Assembly: GCF_003018115.1 (NCBI RefSeq)
Contig: NZ_CP027457.1
Direction: 5' to 3' (one strand)
Length of the DNA stretch: 64,000 bases
Origin: Escherichia coli
GTDB taxonomy: Bacteria > Pseudomonadota > Gammaproteobacteria > Enterobacterales > Enterobacteriaceae
Shown here: piece by piece, positions 25,832 to 37,031 of the stretch
How positions within the stretch are numbered: the stretch's first letter is position 1
Layout of the letters: every line of letters begins with the position of its first letter
Position numbers and translations under genes: made by a program
Notes under the pieces: generated by a model
What the model was told of the DNA's origin: nothing
What the model saw: only the letters and a program-made list of their open reading frames with translations
The model's database searches: none

Positions 25832-26674
25832 TTAAAGAATAATCGTCCGATTACCGTAAACAAAGACGCGCTGCGCCAGTACTTTGTAAAGCGCACGACT
25901 TAAGACGTTTTTCTCGACGTCACGACCTGCGCGCATCATATCTTCAGCTGTGTAGGTATGATCGACATGAATAACGTCCTGCATGATGATTGGGCCTTCG
26001 TCCAGATTGTCATTCACATAGTGAGCGGTTGCGCCAATAATCTTCACGCCACGTTCATAGGCCTGGTGATAAGGACGTGCGCCGATAAACGCTGGCAGGA
26101 AGGAATGGTGAATATTGATGATCTTATTCGGGAAGCGTGACACAAATTCCGGTGTTAATACCCGCATATACTTCGCCAGCACCACGTAGTCAGGTTGATA
26201 AGCATCAATGGCATCCGCCATCTTTTGATCGTGCTCGTTGCGGCTTAACCCTTCATGGCTTACCAGCTCAAACGGTATATCAAAACGCTCAACCAGAGAA
26301 CGTAAAGTATCGTGGTTACCAATCACTGCCGCGATTTCGACATCCAGGCCGCCGTAATTGGCTTTCATCAACAAATCGCCAAGGCAATGCGCTTCTTTAG
26401 TGACCAGAATCACTATCCGGCGACGACCGGCAGGATTCAGCTCACGCACGGAGCCTTCTGGCAATGCGCTATCGAGATCCGCCAGCAGGGTGGAATCATT
26501 AAAAATCCCTTCCAGTTCCGTGCGCATAAAAAAGCGCCCGGTACGGTGATCAACAAATTCATTGTTCTGTACGATATTTAACTCGTGCTTGTAGCAAATA
26601 TTGGTAATACGTGCGATCAGACCTTTTTGGTCCGGACAAATAGTACGCAGAACTTTACGTTGGAGTGAATGCAT
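25832..26674 (-). CDS. purU: formyltetrahydrofolate deformylase
   Basis: 280-aa ORF with N-terminal ACT domain and formyltransferase core. Confidence 0.94.
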   Translation of the reverse strand: MHSLQRKVLRTICPDQKGLIARITNICYKHELNIVQNNEFVDHRTGRFFMRTELEGIFNDSTLLADLDSALPEGSVRELNPAGRRRIVILVTKEAHCLGDLLMKANYGGLDVEIAAVIGNHDTLRSLVERFDIPFELVSHEGLSRNEHDQKMADAIDAYQPDYVVLAKYMRVLTPEFVSRFPNKIINIHHSFLPAFIGARPYHQAYERGVKIIGATAHYVNDNLDEGPIIMQDVIHVDHTYTAEDMMRAGRDVEKNVLSRALYKVLAQRVFVYGNRTIIL

Positions 26675-26723
26675 TGCTGGAAAAACCTTGTTGAGAGTGT
26701 TTGCTAAACCGTACCGTCAACCA

Positions 26724-27182
26724 TTATTGGCCGCAGCACTTTTTAAATTTTTTACCTGAACCACAAGGGCAGGGATCGTTGCGGCCAAACTGCGGACATG
26801 TACCGTCAATATAGTACCATTGACCGTTTTCTTTCAAAAATCGCGAACGTTCAATTATTGCACCTGTTTTGCCACCTTCGGTAAATCGAGCAACAAAACT
26901 GACAAATCCGATATTGTCGGCGTCCTGCCAACAATGTTCAAATACGGTCAATCCCAACCATTCAGTATGCGCAAATCCGGCAATCAATTCGGCACGTAAC
27001 GCCGCTGCTCCACAAGATGGATGCCAGGTCTTTATTAAATAATCTGCGTCTTGCATCACAAAAGCGCAGTAACGCGAACGCATGAGATGTTCTGGATCAG
27101 GTGCAACCTTTTCACCAGACACATAAGGGTGGCAACATAGGCTATACTCGACAGCACTACCACAGGGACAAAGCTGAGACAC
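26724..27182 (-). CDS. ychJ: SEC-C motif protein YchJ
   Basis: ORF 26724..27203 trimmed to GTG start (152 aa); N- and C-terminal CPCGS SEC-C zinc motifs. Confidence 0.88.
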   Translation of the reverse strand: MSQLCPCGSAVEYSLCCHPYVSGEKVAPDPEHLMRSRYCAFVMQDADYLIKTWHPSCGAAALRAELIAGFAHTEWLGLTVFEHCWQDADNIGFVSFVARFTEGGKTGAIIERSRFLKENGQWYYIDGTCPQFGRNDPCPCGSGKKFKKCCGQ

Positions 27183-27294
27183 AAATAATCTCCCTGGAAA
27201 CAATAACGGCGTATTAACCGCCTGAGTAGCACTATGTTAACCGAGCAGTAGCGATGTGGCTACGATTGCATTCCAGGGGAATCTTGCGGGAATA

Positions 27295-28200
27295 ATGAGA
27301 AAGATAAAAATAGGGCTGGCGCTGGGATCTGGCGCGGCGAGAGGTTGGTCGCATATTGGCGTTATTAATGCGCTAAAAAAAGTGGGTATTGAAATTGATA
27401 TCGTTGCAGGATGTTCAATTGGTTCGCTGGTGGGCGCGGCCTATGCATGCGATCGATTATCTGCGCTGGAAGATTGGGTAACCTCTTTCAGTTATTGGGA
27501 TGTTTTACGCCTGATGGATCTCTCCTGGCAGCGCGGTGGGTTACTGCGCGGCGAGCGTGTCTTCAATCAATACCGCGAAATAATGCCGGAAACAGAGATC
27601 GAAAATTGTTCCCGTCGCTTCGCGGCTGTTGCCACCAATTTAAGTACTGGGCGTGAATTATGGTTTACTGAAGGCGATCTCCATCTTGCTATTCGCGCAT
27701 CATGCAGTATTCCAGGACTCATGGCACCCGTTGCGCATAACGGCTACTGGCTGGTTGATGGGGCAGTCGTTAACCCAATTCCTATTTCGCTCACGCGTGC
27801 ATTGGGTGCTGATATTGTGATAGCGGTCGACCTGCAGCACGATGCTCATTTGATGCAACAAGATTTGCTCTCCTTTAATGTCAGTGAAGAAAATAGCGAG
27901 AATGGTGATTCTCTGCCGTGGCATGCGCGTCTGAAAGAAAGGTTAGGCAGCATAACGACACGTCGGGCGGTGACAGCACCAACGGCAACAGAGATTATGA
28001 CCACTTCTATCCAGGTGCTGGAGAACCGCCTTAAAAGGAACCGCATGGCAGGTGATCCGCCCGATATTCTGATTCAACCTGTTTGCCCGCAAATATCTAC
28101 GCTTGATTTCCATCGCGCGCACGCTGCCATTGCGGCCGGACAGCTGGCAGTGGAAAAGAAAATGGACGAACTTTTGCCGTTGGTACGCACCAACATTTGA
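27295..28200 (+). CDS. rssA: patatin-like phospholipase RssA
   Basis: ORF 27256..28200; internal ATG gives 301 aa (MRKIKIGLALGSGAARGW...); GxGxxG and GCSIG serine-hydrolase motifs. Confidence 0.9.
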   Translation: MRKIKIGLALGSGAARGWSHIGVINALKKVGIEIDIVAGCSIGSLVGAAYACDRLSALEDWVTSFSYWDVLRLMDLSWQRGGLLRGERVFNQYREIMPETEIENCSRRFAAVATNLSTGRELWFTEGDLHLAIRASCSIPGLMAPVAHNGYWLVDGAVVNPIPISLTRALGADIVIAVDLQHDAHLMQQDLLSFNVSEENSENGDSLPWHARLKERLGSITTRRAVTAPTATEIMTTSIQVLENRLKRNRMAGDPPDILIQPVCPQISTLDFHRAHAAIAAGQLAVEKKMDELLPLVRTNI

Positions 28201-28291
28201 CCAGAATTTTTATCTACACTTAAGTTAATTCTGACAGGCGCAGGTGGCAATAGCATGCCACTATTGAGTAAAGCCAGTCAGGGGAGAGAAC

Positions 28292-29305
28292 ATGACGCAG
28301 CCATTGGTCGGAAAACAGATTCTCATTGTTGAAGATGAGCAGGTATTTCGCTCGCTTCTGGATTCGTGGTTTTCCTCATTGGGAGCGACAACGGTACTGG
28401 CGGCTGATGGGGTGGATGCCCTTGAGTTGCTGGGAGGTTTCACTCCAGACCTGATGATATGTGATATCGCGATGCCACGAATGAACGGGCTTAAACTGCT
28501 GGAGCATATACGTAACAGAGGCGACCAGACCCCAGTTCTGGTGATATCTGCCACTGAAAATATGGCAGATATTGCCAAAGCGTTACGTCTGGGCGTTGAA
28601 GATGTTTTGCTGAAACCAGTTAAAGATCTGAATCGCTTGCGCGAGATGGTTTTTGCCTGTCTCTATCCCAGCATGTTTAATTCGCGCGTTGAGGAAGAGG
28701 AAAGGCTTTTTCGCGACTGGGATGCAATGGTTGATAACCCTGCCGCAGCGGCGAAATTATTACAGGAACTACAACCGCCGGTTCAGCAGGTGATTTCCCA
28801 TTGCCGGGTTAATTATCGTCAATTGGTTGCCGCGGACAAACCCGGCCTGGTGCTTGATATTGCCGCACTTTCGGAAAACGATCTGGCATTTTATTGCCTT
28901 GATGTCACCCGAGCTGGACATAATGGCGTACTTGCTGCCTTGTTATTACGCGCATTGTTTAACGGATTATTACAGGAACAGCTTGCACACCAAAATCAAC
29001 GGTTGCCAGAGTTGGGCGCGTTATTGAAGCAGGTAAACCATTTACTTCGTCAGGCCAATCTGCCGGGGCAGTTTCCGCTATTAGTTGGCTATTATCATCG
29101 CGAACTGAAAAATCTCATTCTGGTTTCTGCGGGTCTGAATGCGACGTTAAATACCGGCGAACACCAGGTGCAAATCAGTAATGGTGTTCCGTTAGGCACT
29201 TTAGGTAACGCTTATTTGAATCAATTGAGCCAGCGATGCGATGCCTGGCAATGCCAAATATGGGGAACCGGTGGTCGACTGCGCTTGATGTTGTCTGCAG
29301 AATGA
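28292..29305 (+). CDS. rssB: RpoS-degradation adaptor response regulator RssB
   Basis: 337-aa ORF with CheY-like receiver (ILIVEDE...DLMICDIAMPRMNG) and PP2C-like C-terminus. Confidence 0.94.
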   Translation: MTQPLVGKQILIVEDEQVFRSLLDSWFSSLGATTVLAADGVDALELLGGFTPDLMICDIAMPRMNGLKLLEHIRNRGDQTPVLVISATENMADIAKALRLGVEDVLLKPVKDLNRLREMVFACLYPSMFNSRVEEEERLFRDWDAMVDNPAAAAKLLQELQPPVQQVISHCRVNYRQLVAADKPGLVLDIAALSENDLAFYCLDVTRAGHNGVLAALLLRALFNGLLQEQLAHQNQRLPELGALLKQVNHLLRQANLPGQFPLLVGYYHRELKNLILVSAGLNATLNTGEHQVQISNGVPLGTLGNAYLNQLSQRCDAWQCQIWGTGGRLRLMLSAE

Positions 29306-29506
29306 GCAAACGATAACGCGGGCTAAATTTGCATTACCTGCTAATGTCGGCTGGTGGTACTATCGTCGCCATTCGTATAAGTAATTGTCTTAATTATGCT
29401 AACTCGCCTCCTTTTCAGAACTTAGCCCCTTCGGGGTGCTGATATACTGGGATGCGATACAGAAATATGAACACGTTCAAAACACGAACAGTCCAGGAGA
29501 ATTTAA

Positions 29507-30415
29507 ATGGCTGCCATTAATACGAAAGTCAAAAAAGCCGTTATCCCCGTTGCGGGATTAGGAACCAGGATGTTGCCGGCGACGAAAGCCATCCCGAAAG
29601 AGATGCTGCCACTTGTCGATAAGCCATTAATTCAATACGTCGTGAATGAATGTATTGCGGCTGGCATTACTGAAATTGTGCTGGTTACACACTCATCTAA
29701 AAACTCTATTGAAAACCACTTTGATACCAGTTTTGAACTGGAAGCAATGCTGGAAAAACGTGTAAAACGTCAACTGCTTGATGAAGTGCAGTCTATTTGT
29801 CCACCGCACGTGACTATTATGCAAGTTCGTCAGGGTCTGGCGAAAGGCCTGGGACACGCGGTATTGTGTGCTCACCCGGTAGTGGGTGATGAACCGGTAG
29901 CTGTTATTTTGCCTGATGTTATTCTGGATGAATATGAATCCGATTTGTCACAGGATAACCTGGCAGAGATGATCCGCCGCTTTGATGAAACGGGTCATAG
30001 CCAGATCATGGTTGAACCGGTTGCTGATGTGACCGCATATGGCGTTGTGGATTGCAAAGGCGTTGAATTAGCGCCGGGTGAAAGCGTACCGATGGTTGGT
30101 GTGGTAGAAAAACCGAAAGCGGATGTTGCGCCGTCTAATCTCGCTATTGTGGGTCGTTACGTACTTAGCGCGGATATTTGGCCGTTGCTGGCAAAAACCC
30201 CTCCGGGAGCTGGTGATGAAATTCAGCTCACCGACGCAATTGATATGCTGATCGAAAAAGAAACGGTGGAAGCCTATCATATGAAAGGGAAGAGCCATGA
30301 CTGCGGTAATAAATTAGGTTACATGCAGGCCTTCGTTGAATACGGTATTCGTCATAACACCCTTGGCACGGAATTTAAAGCCTGGCTTGAAGAAGAGATG
30401 GGCATTAAGAAGTAA
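29507..30415 (+). CDS. galU: UTP-glucose-1-phosphate uridylyltransferase
   Basis: 302-aa [36 protein letters not shown]... Confidence 0.95.
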
Positions 30416-30439
30416 CATCCGTATCGGTGTTATCCACGA

Positions 30440-30471
30440 AACGGCGTTGAGCAATCGACGCCGTTTTTTTA
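30440..30471 (+). terminator. rho-independent terminator after galU
   Basis: aacggcgt...acgccgtt hairpin followed by TTTTTTT. Confidence 0.75.
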
Positions 30472-30506
30472 TAGCTTATTCTTATTAAATTGTCTTAAAC
30501 CGGACA

Positions 30507-30535
30507 ATAAAAAATCCCGCCGCTGGCGGGATTTT
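30507..30535 (-). terminator. rho-independent terminator after hns
   Basis: atcccgcc-gctg-gcgggat hairpin; A-run on plus strand is the T-run for the minus-strand transcript. Confidence 0.7.
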
Positions 30536-30558
30536 AAGCAAGTGCAATCTACAAAAGA

Positions 30559-30972
30559 TTATTGCTTGATCAGGAAGTCGTCGAGGGATTTACCTTGCTC
30601 ATCCATTGCTTTTTTGATTACAGCTGGAGTACGGCCTTGGCCAGTCCAGGTTTTAGTTTCGCCGTTTTCGTCAACGTAGCTATATTTTGCCGGACGCTGA
30701 GCACGTTTAGCTTTGGTGCCAGATTTAACGGCAGCAAGGCTATTCAGCAGTTCGTTCGGGTCAATACCGTCAGCGATCAGCATTTCGCGATATTGCTGCA
30801 GCTTACGAGTGCGCTCTTCAACTTCAGCAGCAGCCGCGCTTTCTTCTTCGCGACGTTCGTTAACAACAACTTCTAATTTTTCCAGCATTTCTTCCAGCGT
30901 TTCAAGTGTACATTCTCTTGCCTGCGCACGAAGAGTACGGATGTTGTTCAGAATTTTAAGTGCTTCGCTCAT
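30559..30972 (-). CDS. hns: nucleoid-associated protein H-NS
   Basis: 137-aa [44 protein letters not shown]... Confidence 0.96.
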
Positions 30973-31576
30973 TGTAGTAATCTCAAACTTATATTGGGGT
31001 GGTTTGTTGAGGTAATAATAGAGCCTTAAATTCAGTTGTGCAATAGCCAGGAATGTAAGGAATTCAAAATTGTTCTTTATTTTGTGCCGCCAATAAATAT
31101 CTTTTCATAAAATTAGCCAGAAAAGACGCGGCATATAGCCCTATTTACACCGATGATTTCGCAGCACGTGAGGTTAAAACTTCCTGATTCATGTCACATT
31201 TTATGGGGAGATTATCGTAGGCTGACGACCTTTCAGTCTTCTGTATTAGTCGTGTTTACGAGAATTCCCTATTAAGCGAATGATGAAAAGTAGAACAGTC
31301 GCAATAAGAGCAGGGACTTAGTATTGCACTATCTCCTGGAGGTCAACAGAGGGCTATTACTTGCGCAACAGGTTAAAGATTGTAAATAGTTACCAGCAGT
31401 CATTTACCCGCTTATAACAAGCGAGGCAGTTGTAATGATAGCTCAGAAGGATTATGCAAGGCTTCGTAAGGGAGAACGCATATACCCACTTCTGTGCATA
31501 CTGTTGAGCTGAAAAACTGACGAATTATGATAAACTCCTGCCAACTTTATTTCATATCATTGAGGGCCTGTGGCTG

Positions 31577-32194
31577 ATGGCACAGCTATATTTTTACTAT
31601 TCCGCAATGAATGCGGGTAAGTCTACAGCATTGTTGCAATCTTCATACAATTACCAGGAACGCGGCATGCGCACTGTCGTATATACGGCAGAAATTGATG
31701 ATCGCTTTGGTGCCGGGAAAGTCAGTTCGCGTATAGGTTTGTCATCGCCTGCAAAATTATTTAACCAAAATTCATCATTATTTGATGAGATTCGTGCGGA
31801 ACATGAACAGCAGGCAATTCATTGCGTACTGGTTGATGAATGCCAGTTTTTAACCAGACAACAAGTATATGAATTATCGGAGGTTGTCGATCAACTCGAT
31901 ATACCCGTACTTTGTTATGGTTTACGTACCGATTTTCGAGGTGAATTATTTATTGGCAGCCAATACTTACTGGCATGGTCCGACAAACTGGTTGAATTAA
32001 AAACCATCTGTTTTTGTGGCCGTAAAGCAAGCATGGTGCTGCGTCTTGATCAAGCAGGCAGACCTTATAACGAAGGTGAGCAGGTGGTTATTGGTGGTAA
32101 TGAACGATACGTTTCTGTATGCCGTAAACACTATAAAGAGGCGTTACAAGTCGGCTCATTAACGGCTATTCAGGAAAGGCATCGCCACGATTAA
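31577..32194 (+). CDS. tdk: thymidine kinase
   Basis: 205-aa ORF with P-loop (SAMNAGKST) and C-terminal zinc cysteines. Confidence 0.94.
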   Translation: MAQLYFYYSAMNAGKSTALLQSSYNYQERGMRTVVYTAEIDDRFGAGKVSSRIGLSSPAKLFNQNSSLFDEIRAEHEQQAIHCVLVDECQFLTRQQVYELSEVVDQLDIPVLCYGLRTDFRGELFIGSQYLLAWSDKLVELKTICFCGRKASMVLRLDQAGRPYNEGEQVVIGGNERYVSVCRKHYKEALQVGSLTAIQERHRHD

Positions 32195-32440
32195 TAAGAA
32201 TTTCTTTACTGACAGGGTGAGCAGGGCACTTTTATCCTGTCAGTTCGTTTTACGCACTTCTTCCGGGCTATACACCCTTCGCGGTAGTTTTTAACGCCGC
32301 TATACGCCTCACAGAGCGCTTAAGCACCGACGTTGACTAATGACCTGTAAAGTACAATATCGCTGTGTGTAGGCGTTATACATCGCTGCAAATATGATGA
32401 AGGCTAATGCTGTCGGTTTATGGAATAGTTGCTTTAGGAA

Positions 32441-32470
32441 AACAAAAAAACGGCCCCAGAAGGGGCCGTT
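32441..32470 (-). terminator. rho-independent terminator after adhE
   Basis: cggcccc-agaa-ggggccg hairpin flanked by A-run (plus) / T-run (minus). Confidence 0.75.
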
Positions 32471-32494
32471 TATGTTGCCAGACAGCGCTACTGA

Positions 32495-35170
32495 TTAAGC
32501 GGATTTTTTCGCTTTTTTCTCAGCTTTAGCCGGAGCGGCTTCTTTTTTCGCTGCAGTTTCGCCTTCTACATAATCACGACCGTAGTAGGTATCCAGCAGA
32601 ATCTGTTTCAGCTCGGAGATCAGCGGGTAACGCGGGTTAGCGCCAGTGCACTGGTCATCGAATGCATCTTCAGACAGTTTATCCACGTTCGCCAGGAAGT
32701 CTGCTTCCTGAACGCCAGCTTCACGGATAGATTTCGGAATACCCAGTTCAGCCTTCAGCGTTTCCAGCCATGCCAGCAGTTTCTCGATCTTAGCAGCAGT
32801 ACGGTCGCCCGGTGCGCTCAGACCCAGGTGGTCGGCAATTTCAGCATAACGACGGCGAGCCTGCGGACGGTCATACTGGCTGAATGCAGTCTGCTTGGTC
32901 GGGTTGTCGTTCGCATTGTAGCGAATAACGTTACAAATCAGCAGGGCGTTTGCCAGACCGTGCGGAATATGGAACTGGGAACCCAGTTTGTGCGCCATTG
33001 AGTGACATACACCCAGGAAGGCGTTCGCAAACGCGATACCCGCGATAGTCGCTGCACTGTGAACACGTTCACGCGCTACCGGATTTTTAGACCCTTCGTG
33101 GTAGGACGCTGGCAGATATTCTTTCAGCAGTTTCAGTGCCTGCAGAGCCTGACCATCAGAGAACTCAGATGCCAGTACAGAAACATAAGCTTCCATGGCG
33201 TGAGTTACTGCGTCCAGACCACCGAAAGCACACAGGGACTTCGGCATGTCCATAACCAGGTTGGCGTCGACAATCGCCATATCCGGGGTCAGCGCATAGT
33301 CCGCCAGCGGGTATTTCTGACCAGTAGCGTCGTCAGTTACAACCGCAAACGGAGTGACTTCAGAACCTGTACCAGAAGTGGTGGTGACAGCAATCATTTT
33401 CGCTTTCACGCCCATTTTCGGGAACTTGTAGATACGTTTACGGATATCCATAAAGCGCAGCGCCAGCTCTTCGAAGTGAGTTTCCGGATGTTCGTACATA
33501 ACCCACATGATCTTCGCGGCGTCCATCGGGGAACCACCACCCAGCGCGATAATCACGTCTGGTTTGAAGGAGTTTGCCAGTTCTGCACCTTTACGAACGA
33601 TGCTCAGGGTCGGATCCGCTTCTACTTCGAAGAAGACTTCAGTTTCAACGCCTGCTGCTTTCAGTACGGAAGTGATCTGATCAGCATAACCATTGTTGAA
33701 CAGGAAGCGGTCAGTCACGATGAGCGCACGTTTGTGGCCATCAGTAATCACTTCATCCAGCGCGATTGGCAGGGAGCCACGGCGGAAGTAGATAGATTTC
33801 GGAAGTTTGTGCCACAACATGTTTTCAGCTCGCTTAGCAACGGTTTTCTTGTTGATCAGGTGTTTCGGACCAACGTTTTCAGAGATGGAGTTACCACCCC
33901 AGGAACCACAACCCAGAGTCAGGGAAGGTGCGAGTTTGAAGTTATACAGGTCACCGATACCACCCTGAGAAGCCGGGGTGTTAATCAGGATACGAGCCGT
34001 TTTCATTTTCTGACCGAAGTAAGAAACGCGAGCCGGTTGGTTATCCTGGTCAGTGTACAGGCAAGAGGTATGACCGATACCACCCATAGCAACCAGTTTC
34101 TCTGCTTTTTCTACCGCGTCTTCGAAATCTTTAGCGCGGTACATTGCCAGAGTCGGGGACAGTTTTTCATGTGCGAACGGTTCGCTTTCATCAACAACGG
34201 TCACTTCACCGATCAGAATCTTGGTGTTTTCTGGTACAGAGAAGCCTGCCAGTTCAGCAATTTTATAGGCTGGCTGACCAACGATAGCCGCGTTCAGCGC
34301 ACCGTTTTTCAGGATAACATCCTGAACAGCTTTCAGCTCTTTACCCTGCAACAGATAGCCGCCGTGGGTTGCGAAACGTTCACGTACTGCGTCATAAACA
34401 GAGTCAACAACAACAACAGACTGTTCAGAAGCACAGATTACGCCGTTGTCGAAGGTTTTGGACATCAGTACAGATGCAACTGCACGTTTGATATCAGCAG
34501 TTTCATCGATAACAACCGGAGTGTTACCCGCGCCTACGCCGATAGCTGGTTTACCGGAGCTGTATGCGGCTTTAACCATGCCCGGACCACCAGTCGCGAG
34601 GATCAGGTTGATGTCTGGGTGGTGCATCAGTGCGTTAGACAGTTCAACAGAAGGTTGATCGATCCAGCCGATCAGATCTTTCGGAGCACCGGCAGCGATA
34701 GCAGCCTGCAGAACGATATCAGCCGCTTTGTTGGTGGCATCTTTTGCACGCGGGTGCGGGGAGAAGATAATGGCGTTACGGGTCTTCAGGCTGATCAGCG
34801 ATTTGAAGATAGCAGTTGAAGTCGGGTTAGTGGTCGGAACGATACCGCAAATAATACCGATTGGTTCAGCGATAGTGATGGTACCAAAAGTGTCGTCTTC
34901 AGACAGAACACCACAGGTTTTTTCATCTTTATAGGCGTTGTAGATATATTCAGAAGCAAAGTGGTTTTTGATCACTTTATCTTCGACGATACCCATGCCG
35001 GATTCGGCAACGGCCATTTTCGCGAGTGGGATTCGAGCATCTGCAGCAGCCAGAGCGGCGGCGCGGAAGATTTTGTCTACTTGCTCTTGAGTGAAACTGG
35101 CATATTCACGCTGGGCTTTTTTTACACGCTCTACGAGTGCGTTAAGTTCAGCGACATTAGTAACAGCCAT
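32495..35170 (-). CDS. adhE: bifunctional acetaldehyde-CoA / alcohol dehydrogenase
   Basis: 891-aa [45 protein letters not shown]...; ALDH plus Fe-ADH domains. Confidence 0.96.
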
Positions 35171-35646
35171 AATGCTCTCCTGATAATGTTAAACTTTTTT
35201 AGTAAATCATCTGCTCGAATACGAGAGTATAGTCAGTGCGGTGATGATTTGCTTAACCGATGAAAATCAAAAGCTTACTCGCGCTCACACTCACTGTGAT
35301 TTACTAAAAGAGTTTAAACATTAGAGTTATTATCTCTAATGCGTCACTTCCAGGTGGCGTAAGCAAGATTACTCACTTCTGGGTACTGATTACGTGATCC
35401 AAATCAAATTTTTGCAAAGCTGACACCTTTCAGCATCGCTTTTCGCCATTATAGCTAACAGTTAATAAATTGTAGTATGATTTGATGGCTACATTAGCAT
35501 GTTTTGTACAACTAGATAACAATAACGAATGATAGCAATTTTAAGTAGTTAGGAGGTGAAAAATGCTGTCAAAAGGCGTATTGTCAGCGCGTCTTTTCAA
35601 CCTTATTTATGGCTAACATTATCCGGCTTTTGCTTCGGAGCTAACC

Positions 35647-36294
35647 GTGATTCAGACCCTTTTTGATTTTCCCGTTTACTTCAAATTTTTCATCGGGTTA
35701 TTTGCGCTGGTCAACCCGGTAGGGATTATTCCCGTCTTTATCAGCATGACCAGTTATCAGACAGCGGCAGCGCGAAACAAAACTAACCTTACAGCCAACC
35801 TGTCTGTGGCCATTATCTTGTGGATCTCGCTTTTTCTCGGCGACACGATTCTACAACTTTTTGGTATATCAATTGATTCGTTCCGTATCGCCGGGGGTAT
35901 CCTGGTGGTGACAATAGCGATGTCAATGATCAGCGGCAAGCTTGGCGAGGATAAACAGAACAAGCAAGAAAAATCAGAAACCGCGGTACGTGAAAGCATT
36001 GGTGTGGTGCCACTGGCGTTGCCGTTGATGGCGGGGCCAGGGGCGATCAGTTCTACCATCGTCTGGGGTACGCGTTATCACAGCATTAGCTATCTGTTTG
36101 GTTTCTTTGTGGCTATTGCATTGTTCGCTTTATGTTGCTGGGGATTGTTCCGCATGGCACCGTGGCTGGTACGGGTTTTACGCCAGACCGGCATCAACGT
36201 GATTACGCGTATTATGGGGCTATTGCTGATGGCATTGGGGATTGAATTTATCGTTACTGGTATTAAGGGGATTTTCCCCGGCCTGCTTAATTAA
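35647..36294 (+). CDS. ychE: MarC-family inner membrane protein
   Basis: 215-aa polytopic ORF with GTG start; conserved position before oppA. Confidence 0.88.
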   Translation: MIQTLFDFPVYFKFFIGLFALVNPVGIIPVFISMTSYQTAAARNKTNLTANLSVAIILWISLFLGDTILQLFGISIDSFRIAGGILVVTIAMSMISGKLGEDKQNKQEKSETAVRESIGVVPLALPLMAGPGAISSTIVWGTRYHSISYLFGFFVAIALFALCCWGLFRMAPWLVRVLRQTGINVITRIMGLLLMALGIEFIVTGIKGIFPGLLN

Positions 36295-36307
36295 TTCCTC
36301 TCAAATG

Positions 36308-36335
36308 AAACGGAGCTGCCATGCTCCGTTTACTT
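36308..36335 (+). terminator. putative terminator after ychE
   Basis: aacggagc-tgccat-gctccgtt hairpin with short T-tract. Confidence 0.5.
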
Positions 36336-37031
36336 CGTCATTATTTTTACTTTGTTCCTGCGCAGTTATCAAAAGCAAAAGGAATAGGTAAAAATATTCT
36401 TCTCAAATTACAGTTAGTTATAAGGATTTCCTTAACTGCTTCTCTTCACCATCATGTTATTTTCGCCACATCATAATCCTGGGCTTGCTGAAGAATAATT
36501 GAAATGATATTAGTAATTCCACTGCCTTTGGTAGAGGAAAGTGCTAAATAATAATCAATTGTTAAATTATTGTGCATTTCACTACTGGAACTGTAATCAG
36601 AAAAGATAGACATGCTTAACCAATCTCTATTTGATTGAATTGAAAGATGTTTGTTAAGACATGGATGCAAGCTATAGATTCTGATACGGTCAATAAAAGA
36701 GAATTGCTTAACAATTTTGCAAAATGTATTGGCGAGTAAGAAGCGCATTTGGTACTTTCCGGGCAACCGCCAGGCGATTCTTTATTGGTAATGAGAATAA
36801 TTAACAATTAAAGAGCGTCGTGAAAGAATAATGTGTCTCGACAGGGGAGACACAGTACGAATCGACATAAGGTGATCGTCTGAATCACCAGAATAAATAA
36901 AGTCGGTGATAGCAATACGTAACGATAAAGTAACCTGACAGCAGAAAGTCTCCGAGCCTGTGCAGGGTCCCAATCCGGGATTACACATGCTGGTTAATAC
37001 CAGTAATTATAATGAGGGAGTCCAAAAAACA

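Noticed and set aside
30973-31576. Possible insertion or hidden gene in the 604-bp hns–tdk intergenic region
   Set aside because: Length matches the known long AT-rich hns upstream regulatory region; no ORF with coding potential; not pursued.
33002-34819. 605-aa plus-strand ORF antisense to adhE
   Set aside because: Fully embedded opposite a well-defined 891-aa AdhE gene; translation is compositionally biased (R/F/V-rich) with no start context; classic shadow ORF.
36340-37030. AT-rich ORFs between ychE and oppA (36452..36766, 36616..36807, 36782..36988)
   Set aside because: The intergenic length matches the known long oppA regulatory/5'-UTR region; ORFs are AT-rich chance frames without RBS, and 36782..36988 runs into the oppA leader.
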